From: Bigelowiella natans CCMP2755 | Taxonomy: Eukaryota > Protista > Cercozoa | Assembly: GCA_000320545.1 (NCBI GenBank) | Contig: ADNK01003200.1 | Span: forward strand, 1 to 52,861 | Reading direction: 5' to 3' | Length of the DNA stretch: 52,861 nucleotides | Part shown: positions 13,406-26,300 of the stretch, piece after piece | How positions within the stretch are numbered: position 1 is the stretch's first letter | Layout of the letters: every line of letters begins with the position of its first letter | Notes under the pieces: model-generated | Databases searched by the model: none | What the model was told of the DNA's origin: nothing | What the model saw: the letters and a program-made list of their open reading frames with translations, nothing else | Position numbers and translations under genes: made by a program

Positions 13406-15062
13406 AATTTACACACAGACGCTACAGCATAAACGGCAGAGTCATAGAAATATATTTCTTCGTTAACTCTACAACACTAGCGAATACCTACAAATACTAT
13501 CACTAAAGACTGACTTAGATTCTATTTATCACCATAATTTTCCCTTATTACACAGACAAAAAGACTATCATGATTATATGTATTTAACGCTACCAAGATT
13601 GTTTATATTTGATAATTTCCCCACCGTGTGATGTGACGGGTACTCTATGAATCTCAGCGTAATGTGCAGCCTGCATAATCATTTTAGTTATATTTATCAA
13701 ATTTACGCAACAGTGTAATTATGATGTTCTGCTACACAACTTGTACTACCCCCCCCCCCCCCCCCTTTCCACACTTTTCATTCCTGCTACTCAGCAACAA
13801 CATTGACCAAAAATATCCAACATATAACGAAGGGAAGTACAACCCCAGAGAGCAAATTCATCTATTTATGGCTTTCAATTGTTTCAGGGGTGAACATCAT
13901 TTTGTAACAACACTTGGCAAGGTTCTAGGTAAAAACTATAGTCTTTATGGCTTGTTATTATTATTATTATTATTATAATTTATAGTAGTATGTGCGCTAC
14001 GTGCTCTTTTTCTTCTTGATGTGTGGATAATATTTCACAAACCTTCATGAAAGGTGTAATCCCTGCAGCAGCAGCACAAATCATAAAAACAGAAAAAGGA
14101 GGAGGAGGAGGAGGGGGAGGAGGAGGAGGGTAGTTATATCGTCATAGGAAGATTTTGCCTCTCATTCTCGCTCTCAAGTACATCCCATACAAATAAATTC
14201 AATGCACGCACACCTACATGCACATATGCATGAAACGTAGATGATGAGTGGGTGAATGGCTTATGCATGTTATATGTGTTCGAATATGGTGAGTGTGTAG
14301 TAATGATATATGATGCATCATCATCGTTTTTATCTTCAGGAATCATCATATTATCATTTTCAAACTACAAATACCGCCAATGTCATTAACTCCAAGTTGA
14401 GCGTAATTCAGTTTTCCTTCTCGGATCTAATATTACATATGATCTTTATAGTGTATTTCACCTCATCAACATCATGATTATCCTCATCACATCAGCACTA
14501 ATTAATATCCAAAATATTGGGGATAAAATGAAGAAAATCTATTGAGGTGGTGGTTAACAGAATGATGATGTTTACTACTATATGATTACTACTGGAAGAT
14601 TCCAAGAATAAGAGGATAATAATATATTGTAGTCTTTTAAGTAATTACTACCAGTAATTGTTTACTAGTACTTCTTGGCTCCTACTACCACTACTTTTAC
14701 TACGTTCACCACTAGCACGCACCAAATGCATCATTTGCTGCTCAGTAGTCACAGTTTCTCCAGCAGCAATCTATGAAAAGTATATCATAATAATGCCAAA
14801 ATGCAGGACGTAGAGAGACACGGATGAGGAAGATGATGATTACAATAGTAAATTAGAAGATACCCTTTTATTACTAATCTTATTATAATTATTATTCGAT
14901 GCTGCTGTTACTACTTACTGCTACTACTTTTGTAATTATTGATCCATACTCATCATTATACATCACCGGTACTGCGAGATCGGATAGTGAGTTGTAGCCG
15001 TCAACATCATCGGTTACTATGGGAATTTCGACCTAGTAGGACACACACACACACACACACAC

Positions 15063-15095
<33 letters not shown>

Positions 15096-15151
15096 CACCA
15101 TATCATCATCTAACTTTAAGTCAAGTTTGTTCGTTTACTGTTCCTTAAACC

Positions 15152-15188
<37 letters not shown>

Positions 15189-15590
15189 TAAAAGGATACA
15201 ATAGGTGGTTTCTTTGGCTTGTGATTCTACCCAATCTACTGAGTGCTTCTCAAGCGCAATCATAGCCTTCCTCTACAACAATAAATTATTATACTTAACC
15301 TCATCATTATTCAATTTTGTGTGAGTAGTAAATAATTATCATCAACAATTCCAGTATCACTTATAGTTAAATATGATATTGGTGAATAAGAATGCTTACT
15401 GCTTGAGAAGTTGTCCATGCTGAAGATGCATTGCACATCAGGGGCAATCGAGATGCTGATAACCACACACACACACACATACATACACACACACACACAC
15501 CATATGCAATCAGGAATAAGTAGTTATTGACTATAGCCATTACAATTTGAGAATCATGTTGACGTTCACTCACTGACTGACTCTATGTTT

Positions 15591-15627
<37 letters not shown>

Positions 15628-16619
15628 TCCAATTTCAAACGAATAATTATCCAAGAAACTAACATAAACGGAATAATTATATCAATAAGAAACATGCTCG
15701 ATCATCACCACCAGGATCCCATACGAAGTTCAATGATGAAATATCAAGAGGATTAAACCAAAAGATTGATACATTGACACAAGGCAGGTGTTCCACAGGT
15801 TTTTAATATGAAAAATGAAAGGTGAACAAAGGCCATTTAAAGAAAACGATATAAACTGCAGCAATGCTGATTATCGTTTAGTACAACTAACTTTATACTC
15901 TAAAATCTTGTTGAACATCGTCGATATTAGTGTTAAGATTACGCTCTAACAGCTCTGACTCGCTGGACGTCCTCCTTCATCTCACGCCTTCCAACCTAAA
16001 CAGCAACAAGGAGGAGGAGGAGGAGGAGGACGATTTTAATTTCTCTTCTTGAATTTCCCAGTGAATTCTTGAAAGATTTTGTCACAACACTATGATTCAA
16101 TGGTCTCAGCATATACATTACTAGCTGCTACAATTTACTGATCTATATGTATTAATACCGAATAATAACAAACACATCTCTGTACTGCTGTCTATGACGA
16201 AGAACACATTTCAACAAGCTAGAACACATCTGTGCATCATACACAAACGCCCATAATCAAAGTTACGGAATAATATATTATATATATTATACATAATATA
16301 CACATGTCGTATGCCTCTTGCTTAAACTTGATCATAATCATTATTTCGCACGACAATTCCACAATCCTCTCATCATCATCATCATCATCATCATCATCAC
16401 CTTTATCTTGATAGCCAAGAATCCTGCCAATGTATCGAATAATCATATATTAGAAATGTTAGTGCAAATTGGTAAGATATTGACCTCGAAAAAGAGGCAA
16501 AAAGCATGAGTAACGATGGTAATCATCGCAGCAAAAATATAAAATCCGGAAACGTACAAACATATATCATCTGAATATTAAAGTATTAAGTATAGTTTTG
16601 ACCCTACCAGTCTACGACG

Positions 16620-16652
<33 letters not shown>

Positions 16653-16789
16653 GCCACTCATATTTGATACTACCACTAATGCTACTTGTACCTGCACTGA
16701 GAAACCTTTCCGTTTGTCGTATGAGGTCTTTAAGGGGTAGCATTAAGTCTACTCCAGACGCAACAACATTTACGCTATCTGATATTTAT

Positions 16790-16828
<39 letters not shown>

Positions 16829-16931
16829 TGTGTATGTGTGCGAATATAGTGCTTAAATCAGTATTAAATACTACATTATATATCTATTGAGAGCTTCTTC
16901 TGATTATAACCATCGTAAAGGTCGGTTGTGA

Positions 16932-16966
<35 letters not shown>

Positions 16967-18114
16967 ATTTATACTACTACTACAACTACTATTACTACTA
17001 CTACTACTACTACTACTACTAGAGTACACCATGCTGTCCTCCCAGCAGTTGCCATAAAGGCTTCTTGCAGATTTTAGCCTTTTTTTGAATTATGACATCA
17101 GTCAGAGTAATGAGAAAGATTGAGATGCTGCACGAAGTAGAATATGAATTGATTTGTGTGTATGGCGTATGTTTAGGGTAGATAGATGATGATGATGAGA
17201 TATGGTTGCTGCTCTCTTCTCTTGATCTATAAAACACCATAGGTTATGATTTACCTTTGCATCCCACACGGCGATATCCAGTACAGACATAGCTAAAGAT
17301 GACAAAAACAGAAGTTAAGAACATATAAGAAAAGCAGGAGGAGGAGGAGGAGGAGGAGGGGTTAGAAAAACCAGTAGGGAAAAAGGCAAAATTATCCAAA
17401 TTGAAATATCCTCCCCTTTCCTCTTCGGTTGGCTACTACTACTACTACTACTACTACTACTAGTGCTACTACCAGTCTACTACTGGTACTACCTCTAGAA
17501 GCAAGCCCACTTCTCCCCAGAGATTTCATCTTACAGCAGCAGCAGCAGCAGCAGGGGAACAATGACATACAAGAAGTGAAGTTAGGAGCATGCATCGCCT
17601 GTGAGTGTTTGCTTGTGTGGCAAGAAGGAGTGGTAACATGAGCAAATACTAGACGCATAATTAGTATGGTTGACATCACTGTAACATGAGCAAATACTAG
17701 ACGCATAATTAGTATGGTTGACATCACTGTAACATGAGCAAATACTAGACGCATAATTAGTATGGTTGACATCACTGCCAACTGCGTGGTCATACGAATT
17801 ATGATCATAACCGTTGCAGCAGAATGATATGATCTGTCTTCTCAAGATATCTTCACCATAGAAGAGAAACAATCCATCATCATTAAAATAAATGTTTATC
17901 ATCATTGCTATCACCATCAACACTATCATACCAGCGCGTCCATCTCGTTCCATATTCTCTCAGTCTTTAAATCGAAATAGCGGGCGTTAGTCAGAACGAG
18001 TAGTCCAAGGATGTAATCCATTAAAGATATTTATCATATAGCAGATATGTGTGATGATCTTTGTAAAAGAATAAATTGTTACCGCTGTTGATGCTACTAT
18101 GTGGCTACCATTGC

Positions 18115-18147
<33 letters not shown>

Positions 18148-18309
18148 CATTATATCAGGCATGGTTGTTCCTAAACTACTCGTCCCCACCCTTTCGACTG
18201 GTTGGCCAAGCACAGCTGCAGATAAGTCGCGGGTAATCAAACTATAACAAATGAACAAGATGCAACGTGATAAGAATAACGGTGGTAGTACCAGGTGGAT
18301 GCGGAAGGA

Positions 18310-18344
<35 letters not shown>

Positions 18345-19286
18345 TCTCTCCTTCCTCCTAATTTCTCTATGTACCTATCTTGATCATAGCACACGATAAT
18401 AACATGTTAGAGATAACAGTAGCACCACCACCTCTCAATAGCCCCACCGCCTACATTGTTTGGAAGCACAATGTAGCCTACGCCTTCCTCGCCGCTGACA
18501 ATTATCAAGCATGTTTGAGAATAAGGAATCAGTTCCTCACAATTTGGGTTGCAAGCGACTGGATATACTCTATATCGTTGCTTCGGCCTTGTTGGGGAAA
18601 CGAATCTTGTTTTGTGGTCATGCAGAACTTTCTTGAATACATTAAGTTTTCACCATCACCACCACGAGCCTCTTTCCTTATTAGTACTAGCCCAAAGTAG
18701 CTCATATACTCTCTCACCCACCTTGAGACTTTCACACGTGCAATTATCAGACCAAAACACTTCACTTCGCCCATCATCTATAGACACACATACACTTCGT
18801 TATCAATATACACAACTTTCATTTTAGTCTAAAATAACAGATAGACACCATGTCTACAGGCGATTCAGAGTAACACAAAAATTTCCTTTGTAAATTTGTA
18901 CTACACATTGAATACGTTTGTATTATGTCCTACAGAGTTTGTAAGCCCTTTTCATGTCAACATATGTTTGTACTATAATCCTACAGCGTCTGTAAGCCTG
19001 GTTTTTGTTGGAATGCAATAATGATCAACCGTAATCGAATTCACCTAACATCATTTTAACAAAAAAATATCTTAGGGCAATTGCGAGTAGATAGCATCAT
19101 GCCGTCTATCGCGTGCGGATAGTGAACGATGACGTCTTTGCATGATTTTAAAGTATACGAAAGTGCAAGGGCAGTAATTACGAATTAGAAAGTACAAACC
19201 AGGGCTTCATCTTTAGCCCTATGTTTCTTTACATGCTCCCTTGTTCGCGTTGGTGAAGTGAGGCCTTCTCGAGATGAGCGATTCAT
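12424..19286 (-). CDS. Enolase superfamily, mandelate racemase/MLE subgroup enzyme (anhydrogalactonate cycloisomerase-like); ~24 exons
   Basis: Manual splicing with phase-compatible GT-AG introns gives ...VNSITVDHYCIPTKTRLTDA-MMGEVKCFGLIIARV..GEEGVGY..LGRSGLASRAMSVLDIAVWDAKAKICKKPLWQLLGG..ASGVDLMLPL..GFLAIKIKVGRREMKEDVQRVRAVR..LPLMCNASSAW..WVEIPIVTDD..IAAGET..YAQLGVNDIGGITPFMKAAHYAEIHRVPVTSHGVHDLHVHL..YTEV..PGHGIVF. The KxK, GE, SHG and PGxG motifs are present. Confidence 0.9.
17633..17776. repeat. 48-bp perfect tandem repeat x3 (intronic minisatellite)
   Basis: gtaacatgagcaaatactagacgcataattagtatggttgacatcact at 17633, 17681 and 17729, with no spacers. Confidence 0.95.
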
Positions 19287-19644
19287 GAATTTTTCGTGTT
19301 TACTTTAATTTTCTTCAGTATCTGCGAATGGATATCATTTAAATTACTATATGCCCGTGCTCTGGGGTTTACGATTCGGTTACAACATACTATCAAGTTG
19401 GGGAAGGAGAGGGAAGCCGTTTCTGCCGAAAAATAAAAGTTTCTAAAAAACAAATAATAATAACACAATAAATATGCGACACAGATTTAGATCTAGGAGT
19501 ACAATCAGTCGTAATCATGTGGTGTTCCTACAAAAATACTCGTAACAAATAATGAGGGTTACAGACTGTAGTGACATGCGAAGGAATTCTGTCCAAAAAG
19601 AAAGAGATTTGCCTCAAATTTAGCACAAATGCCCATACGCACCG

Positions 19645-19677
<33 letters not shown>

Positions 19678-19974
19678 GACACACTGTGCATCTGATTGAT
19701 GACCAAATAACAAGTTCTTCCCTGCTGATTAGTTCTCCAGCTACCTAGATCTACTACGGGTATACAATGTGTCGTCAAGTAAGTAGTACACGAAATGCAG
19801 ATACGAGTACTACCTTTATATTTATGCCACAACTAGATCTACGACACAAATATTTGCAAGTCGCACGTAACAAATCATGCACACTACTACCTTTTCTGGC
19901 ATGATTCCTCATCTTTCTTTATCCCAGTCGCGCGCCCAGTCGCGCGAACCCCTCCTCCCTTTGCTTTGCGTGGG
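19287..19974. promoter_or_regulatory. Putative bidirectional promoter region (racemase-like / CCCH gene)
   Basis: Head-to-head genes ~690 bp apart; duplicated ccagtcgcgcg motif just upstream of the CCCH start. Confidence 0.45.
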
Positions 19975-21423
19975 ATGGAGGGCAGAAAATCATTAGAAAA
20001 TGATGGCCACGGTACAAGAGGACTATTGAGACGGCGCGGTAATTCCCGAAGTCCTCCTCGCAAAGTTGGTCTCCCGGTGTCATCATTGTACGTACACAGC
20101 AGCAGAGCATCGGTTAGACCATCATCAGTTCTTCGCAGATCCCATTCTCCATGCCACGAGTGGCAACACACTGGTCAGTGCGCATATGGCTACTTCTGCA
20201 AGTTTTTCCATGATTCAAGCGTTCATAAAAGTTCTGCCCGAGATGACATATGCTGGGAATTTCGCGATTCGGGCAAATGCAGGTAGGTGAAAGTGTCCTG
20301 TATTTTGCTTAATGTATCCCGATTTCCTAACAGTCGTGGCTCTGAAATTTCTTTGATAAGTTTTCTTTTAATTTCATAAATCCAGATTTGGGGAATCTTG
20401 CAAGTTTGTCCATGATGCTAAGCATGCGAGAGGACCAGCCTCCATTTATTACCGAGGTGTAATGCTAACCACAATAATGCACTGGATGTTTTTTCGGGGT
20501 GACACTTATTCTATGTAATTCTGAATTCATCAGTAGATCCGACACATCCACAGGGAACATCAGGATACCACAAAGAAAATAACCATTTTAGAAGAAGAGA
20601 ATATCAGAAGAAGATAGAGGCTGAGAGGAGAGGTGGCTATCTTTTTCTATGTTCCAATAAGAAAAGGAGAGAGTCTTCACGCTCTCTGTCTCCAAGGGGT
20701 GGGAGAAAGAATAAGAGAAAATCTTCAAGGTCGCCTTTGGGCAGGATTGTGACAAGAAGAAAGGGTATAGGGGGCTGCAGATCCTCTCCTGTATCCTCTT
20801 CGTCACATACACGTGCCAGTAAAGCGGAAGTAGCAGTTGGGGCAAATACACCTTACTACTCTCCGCAGGATACACTACCTAGCTATGATAGAACAAGGCG
20901 AAGATGCGACGAATGCTATCTATTTCGAGACCATGGTTTCTGCAAGTACGGTGATCGATGTAAGTTTTATCATGATAACACCACAGCCACCATGCCGAAA
21001 AGCATCAGCACGATGAGAGGTGGGTATAGACGGAGAAAAAGATCAAACAGCAGAGAGCGAAGACGAATGAAAAGTCGTGATAGAAGCTACGATGGCAGGA
21101 CAGTAAATTTTCGTGAAATATCATTATTTAGTACTGATCGAGGGGGTAGTGGGAGGAAAGGGGACGACATGAGAAGAATAAGAAGCAGACGTACAAACAA
21201 CTCTAAAAGTGATATTTATAGTATAAATGGCAACGACCACAAAAATGGTGACACTAGGGGAGAGGATAAGAAGAATATTCTTCATCACAATACCAAGCGG
21301 ATAGGGAATGGGCTGCAGCCTGATTATAGCAGCTGCACAAGCACAATATCACCTGAGATCATAAAGGAGAATGTGTTAGCTGCCGCTTCTAAACGTCTTA
21401 ATGGTAAAGAAAAGGACATGTAG
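19975..21423 (+). CDS. C3H1 (CCCH) zinc-finger protein with three fingers and an Arg/Ser-rich tail
   Basis: C-x8-C-x5-C-x3-H fingers: CHEWQHTGQCAYGYFCKFFH, CWEFRDSGKCR|FGESCKFVH (intron-split), CYLFRDHGFCKYGDRCKFYH; stop at 21423. Confidence 0.85.
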
Positions 21424-21879
21424 CCCAAAGGGATCAAAACCGACAAGCCTGGGAGATGGTATTTGGCGATTTAGTGCAAATGTTGTATTGCATGGCAAGG
21501 TGCTATACACAATACCGATGCCAACAATTACTACTCTCCAAGAGCTCATATGAAGCATAGATAAAGGGCCACATGTATTTAAGATTTACCCGGAAATTAC
21601 TTTTTGACGCGTCTTCATTGTTGCAAATTATGGAGGGTAGAATGTAGAGACTACAATCTCTTATGCTACACCATATATCCGGGCGGTCAAGCGGTACCTT
21701 CACACAGTACATCTAGATGCACATAACTAGACATGCATGCACACCGCTGAGACGGATGTAATGAATAAATTTGATTCTTTCAATTGTTATCCTAATATAA
21801 GAATTAATGCCGAGGCCATAATGCTTAGATTATTTTTGTTGATCTTCGCAATTATGTACTTTCATGCTTTAGTGTTCAA

Positions 21880-22920
21880 ACTGTCTAGCTGTGCATCGCT
21901 CGCAATAACAATGCAAGTTGCATGCGCAATGATCAGTGCGCTGCCGCTGTGACCAACGCTTCGAGCTCCGCGAGACCGGGGCTAGCTGGCGCTGTTTTTC
22001 TCTCGTTACATCCGCGTCGAAGCAACAGCCCGGAAGCACGGAACACTGGAACATCCCGCCATGCCATTTGCGATGCGCGGAAGAGGCTCCGGGGGTGGCA
22101 GGAGACAAGGCTAAAAGGTCCGGGCCGACCTCGCCGTCCGACGAGCCACAGGTTCACCATGCCACCAAGAAGTGCGTGCACATGACTAGACATGTGCATG
22201 GACTTCGGGGCGTAGAATGCGCTAGTTTGCGCGCATCTAGGCATGCTAGCATGGACGCACTGCATTGGCTCTGGTGCCATGCAGCTGCGTGCATCATGCT
22301 CTTCACGCACTAGCACAGCAAAACGTGACGGGGCCCGTTGTCAAGGTGATCGGTTTTGATGGTTTTTTGTGAGGTAGTCATAGCAAACTGCAGCTCTTCC
22401 TAACGATGCATGTTGCGACATCGAATGGACGGAGGATTTGGTCCCTGATTCCATCGAGAAGGAGGCCATGGAGGAACTCATCATCTCGGGTCCTTGCTCC
22501 TTCCTTCCCATCGGCTTGAACGCACAGACATTTGAAACTTCAATCTGACTGTTCCTCTCTCGAACGAATTGCAAGCGAAGACTCATCGGCCTAGCGGCAC
22601 CGCCAAACAAGAGCGCCTGCGTGCACTTTGCACCTCCGTCACGCCTTGCTTGGTGCTTGTCGGCGCAGTGCAACGGAGTGACTGTGTCTTTGACTCTGCA
22701 AACCGTCTCGCATGGCATGGATCTAGAAATCATGAAACATCTTCACATGCACGCAGAAATTGTGATTTGCTTGCATTCAATTCAACTGCCGCACATCTTG
22801 ACGTGTTTGTTTCGCTGCGTGCACCATCAGTCGGACTGGCGCTAGAGTGGATCGAATCATCATGTTGTCGCTCTGTTCTTTTTCATGCGAATTTGAGACA
22901 TTCGACTTCGCAATGACCAC
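21880..22920. other. TpA-depleted island 3
   Basis: In 22011-22920 I count 13 TA, all with 5' C or 3' G (8 CTAG); CpG is abundant. Confidence 0.88.
22420..22730 (+). pseudogene. Possible decayed coding relic inside island 3
   Basis: Coding-like codon pattern 'IEWTEDLVPDSIEKEAMEELIISGPCSFLPIGLNAQTFETSI*LFLSRT...' with an in-frame TGA and no Tyr; family not recognised. Confidence 0.3.
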
Positions 22921-23389
22921 TGTAGCACTCTTCTTTGTCAATGCGGGTGCTGAGGCTCAGTTGTGCCGGTATACCGTTGTCGCGTACTCTAAACCAAAGC
23001 CATTTATACCTTTCCTACTTTTCATTGAAGCACTCAAAGCTTGTTTAGTAGTTTAGTAGAGCTTGATCGATAAAAATTGTCAATGTTCATGTTTCAGGCT
23101 TGATGAGGGCGCTCTGAGTCCATGCATATGCTCAGATCCCGTTTTATTTTTGTTAAAAATAAACATTATTAGCTGACGCAGAGTCTTTTTGCTATGTAGA
23201 TGTGAAAACTCTGCGCACACTGTGGAGAATACTCGGCCTTGCTTCATTAGAAATCTTGTGTCTGAAAGTCCAGGTATTTGTCTTTTCATAGCAGCACAAA
23301 TTCAAGTATATTTTGTGGCAAAAACACGTGTGATTACGTTTAAACAGGAAAAATCCGAGAAGTTAATTGTTTTGCGGAGCAGCAGCACA

Positions 23390-26300
23390 ATGGTAGATTC
23401 GGGCGTGTGCAGTAAGGGTGGAGGTAGGAGGAATTAAGATTCGCTTGTTTTCATACGACATCCGACCGACCCCTGATCATGTCAAGAAGAGAAGGTAACC
23501 GACACGCAAAACAAAAGAAATGGGAGTGGATCATGTAAGAACTACTATCAGGCAGCGCAGATGCTTCATCGAATCCGGACCTTGCATACCATTGGACATT
23601 TATTGGTTGATAATATATTAAATCTGTTTGTTTGATCACTCGTTAGTTATGATTTGCTTAAAGTGAAGACATTTACCAGGTATTGAGATGGCAATCTTTG
23701 TGGGCGTCTCTGCATATACACAGTATAAGCTCCTACATCTCAAAAACAAGAAAGGGTTGTTGTTAGAAATGCTATATCCTATCATGTCCCGTCTCGGTGC
23801 TCTCATGTATTCAATTACTGTTTGTAGTGCTGAATTGCAAATCCTTGGCTCACCCCACCTGGTAATATGATACACTTTAACAGTTTACATAACAAATTCG
23901 GTCAAGCCGTATTTTCGAAGCTAATGAATCTTATTTGATCAGATTACCGCTGTACTGACTGCAGCATTTATGTAAGTTACTGCTCGTAATAGATAATGAC
24001 AAGTTGACAGAGATGTTGGTATCCATCAGGTGGCCTATACCGTCCCTAATATTTTCCGCTGCCAACGGCCCGACCCTATGTCCAATGTAATAATTTGAAT
24101 GCATAATTCAACACACTAATAGCTGTCCATCATATTTATAATGACATTGTGATTTTCATCTTCTCTGACTTGTTATACATTTGAAAGGTACGTTCTTGTG
24201 AGCCATATTTCTTCTGCTGCAATCTCGACATGGTATTAGATCTTTGATTTCCCTTCTTAAGCAACAACAAAATTTGCACAAACATCATCGACGAGGTATC
24301 TATGGAGAGCTTTAAAATTTACACAACGAGTCGCTCAAGTACAGTCCACAAAGCAGTTTGTTTACCAGAACGCGTTTAAGGATTCAATGAACGGTAACGT
24401 TCGTTGTTCGATTGCAAAAATACATATTTAAGAGGATTTAATTTGTTTCAGGATCAAAGCTCTTATCAGTGAAGATCTACAATAGAGCGGACAATATGTT
24501 AAATAAATCTGTTCTCAACGAGGATATCGAAAACTCGAAGGATCACCAGTACACATTATTCGTCAAACAGGTTATTTCTAATGGTTATTGATGTGCCTTC
24601 ATCCAGTGACAATTGTTGCGATCTGTTAGACTGCAGAAAACATAACAGACATTCGAATTAGCTTGGTCTGTAGCGGTATGACATTTTAAAATATGATAAA
24701 TCCGAGATTGATGAGGATATGCACACCTATCAGTGGCCTTTGTTCTTGGCATAGTTTTCATTGTCGCTGATTGGGGCGGTAGAGGTTACGAACAGCTCAC
24801 GGGTCAGTGAAAGTGTAATCTGACAACATAGCCCACTCAAACTTCCGCAACAAACTAATGCGGAATGAAGTTCATGCAACTCGTCGCCATGCAACAGAAA
24901 TGATTCATGTCAATTTTTGCATTGGCTTTCTCTATCGGGGTATACTAAGGGATGATAATTGTTACTACCAGGAGAAGCCACAACGTGTAACGATGCGCGG
25001 ACGACTCTGTACGCAGATTCTTCCTCATCAATCCTCCTAAAAAATGAACCAAAAATCCTACCTCGTGTGTTTGTTTAATGTAGATTTGTCGTGGCTATGT
25101 GGCTTGCGTTCACATTGTACTTCACTCTCTACTGGCGCAATTTTAAGCTTGTGGACCCCTTCTGTGTTAAATGGAAACTTCAGGTAGGTTGCTTAGAAAT
25201 TTTATTTTTCGTGAATATGCGCATCTAAAACACTTGTCATCCTGGTACAGACTTCAGCAGCTATCTTGTGTTTGACAGTCATTCTTCAATGGGTTAGAAA
25301 TCATAACTAACAACGAACAACATTACGCAATACAAATGAAGATTGTTTCGCAGATGGTAATGGTATTTGCAGACGTTGGAACTAGCCATCAGGCATTGGC
25401 TTCTTACGATGTATGAACAAGTTCTCTCTAGGAGTTCCACCAATCCTAAATTATTTGGGTGCAGATCTTCTGGCTTCTGTTGATGGGATTCTGGGCAATC
25501 GAATCATGGTCTATAGACGATCATCTTATAATTTGTTATTTGTTAAATGACACATGAGTATCTAATATCAACACCCTCAAGGTTCCCGTTGTATTTGACA
25601 AGATGTCGGATTCGCGCCACCCGGGCAGGAGTAAGACGTCACTTAGCTTCTCTACGCTTCTTGATGTGAAGAAAGTATCTTTACGATATTCCCAGGCACA
25701 TTACAATCACTCACTGCTCGACACAATAGCAAATCCTAAATTGTTGGAGCTTTATGAGGACCATCTTATCAGAGTAGCCGAGATAGATTTACGAATACAA
25801 TATCATATTTTGAAACAATGCTGCATGAAACATAAATCACTTAGGAATGGAAACCAGAAAATTTGATGTTTTACCGAGCAACATTAATATTCCAACTCGA
25901 CGGAAAAAAGGCAATAAAGGCCTTAAACGAGAACCACAAACGATTATTCAGAGGCAATCCTATCAGTGGCGACCAGAAGAGTAGCACAGCTGATTATGAA
26001 GGTGGAGCAAGCCCCTCTAATCAACATCAAAGAGGGGACTCAGTTCTTCATCCAGAAGCATCAACGTTATCAATTCAGCAACACGGATCGACATTGCAGC
26101 AACACGAATCACTAATGGTGGACATTGATACTATCGATGAAAAGGAAGAACTTCATGATATAGTGGCATTATTCAGGGTGCGATTACGCCGAGTTATACT
26201 ATCTAGATTTTAGAACAGTAGAATGTCGTCATAATTGGCACCCAACTTGATATGATATAACTTATTTCCCAGAAGCGGGGTTTGAACATTTATCTTGAAT

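Noticed and set aside
17633-17776. 48-bp x3 repeat as a CRISPR array
   Set aside because: Perfect head-to-tail copies with no spacers, inside a eukaryotic intron, and no cas genes.
12890-18240. Plus-strand Kelch-like gene suggested by a few AG/GT-bounded fragments
   Set aside because: The same bases form a coherent, in-phase minus-strand racemase-family gene.
3245-19000. Shared ~48-bp periodicity of tandem duplications (48, 49, ~50, 96 bp)
   Set aside because: Too few cases, unrelated sequences, and another repeat has an 88-bp spacing; probably chance.
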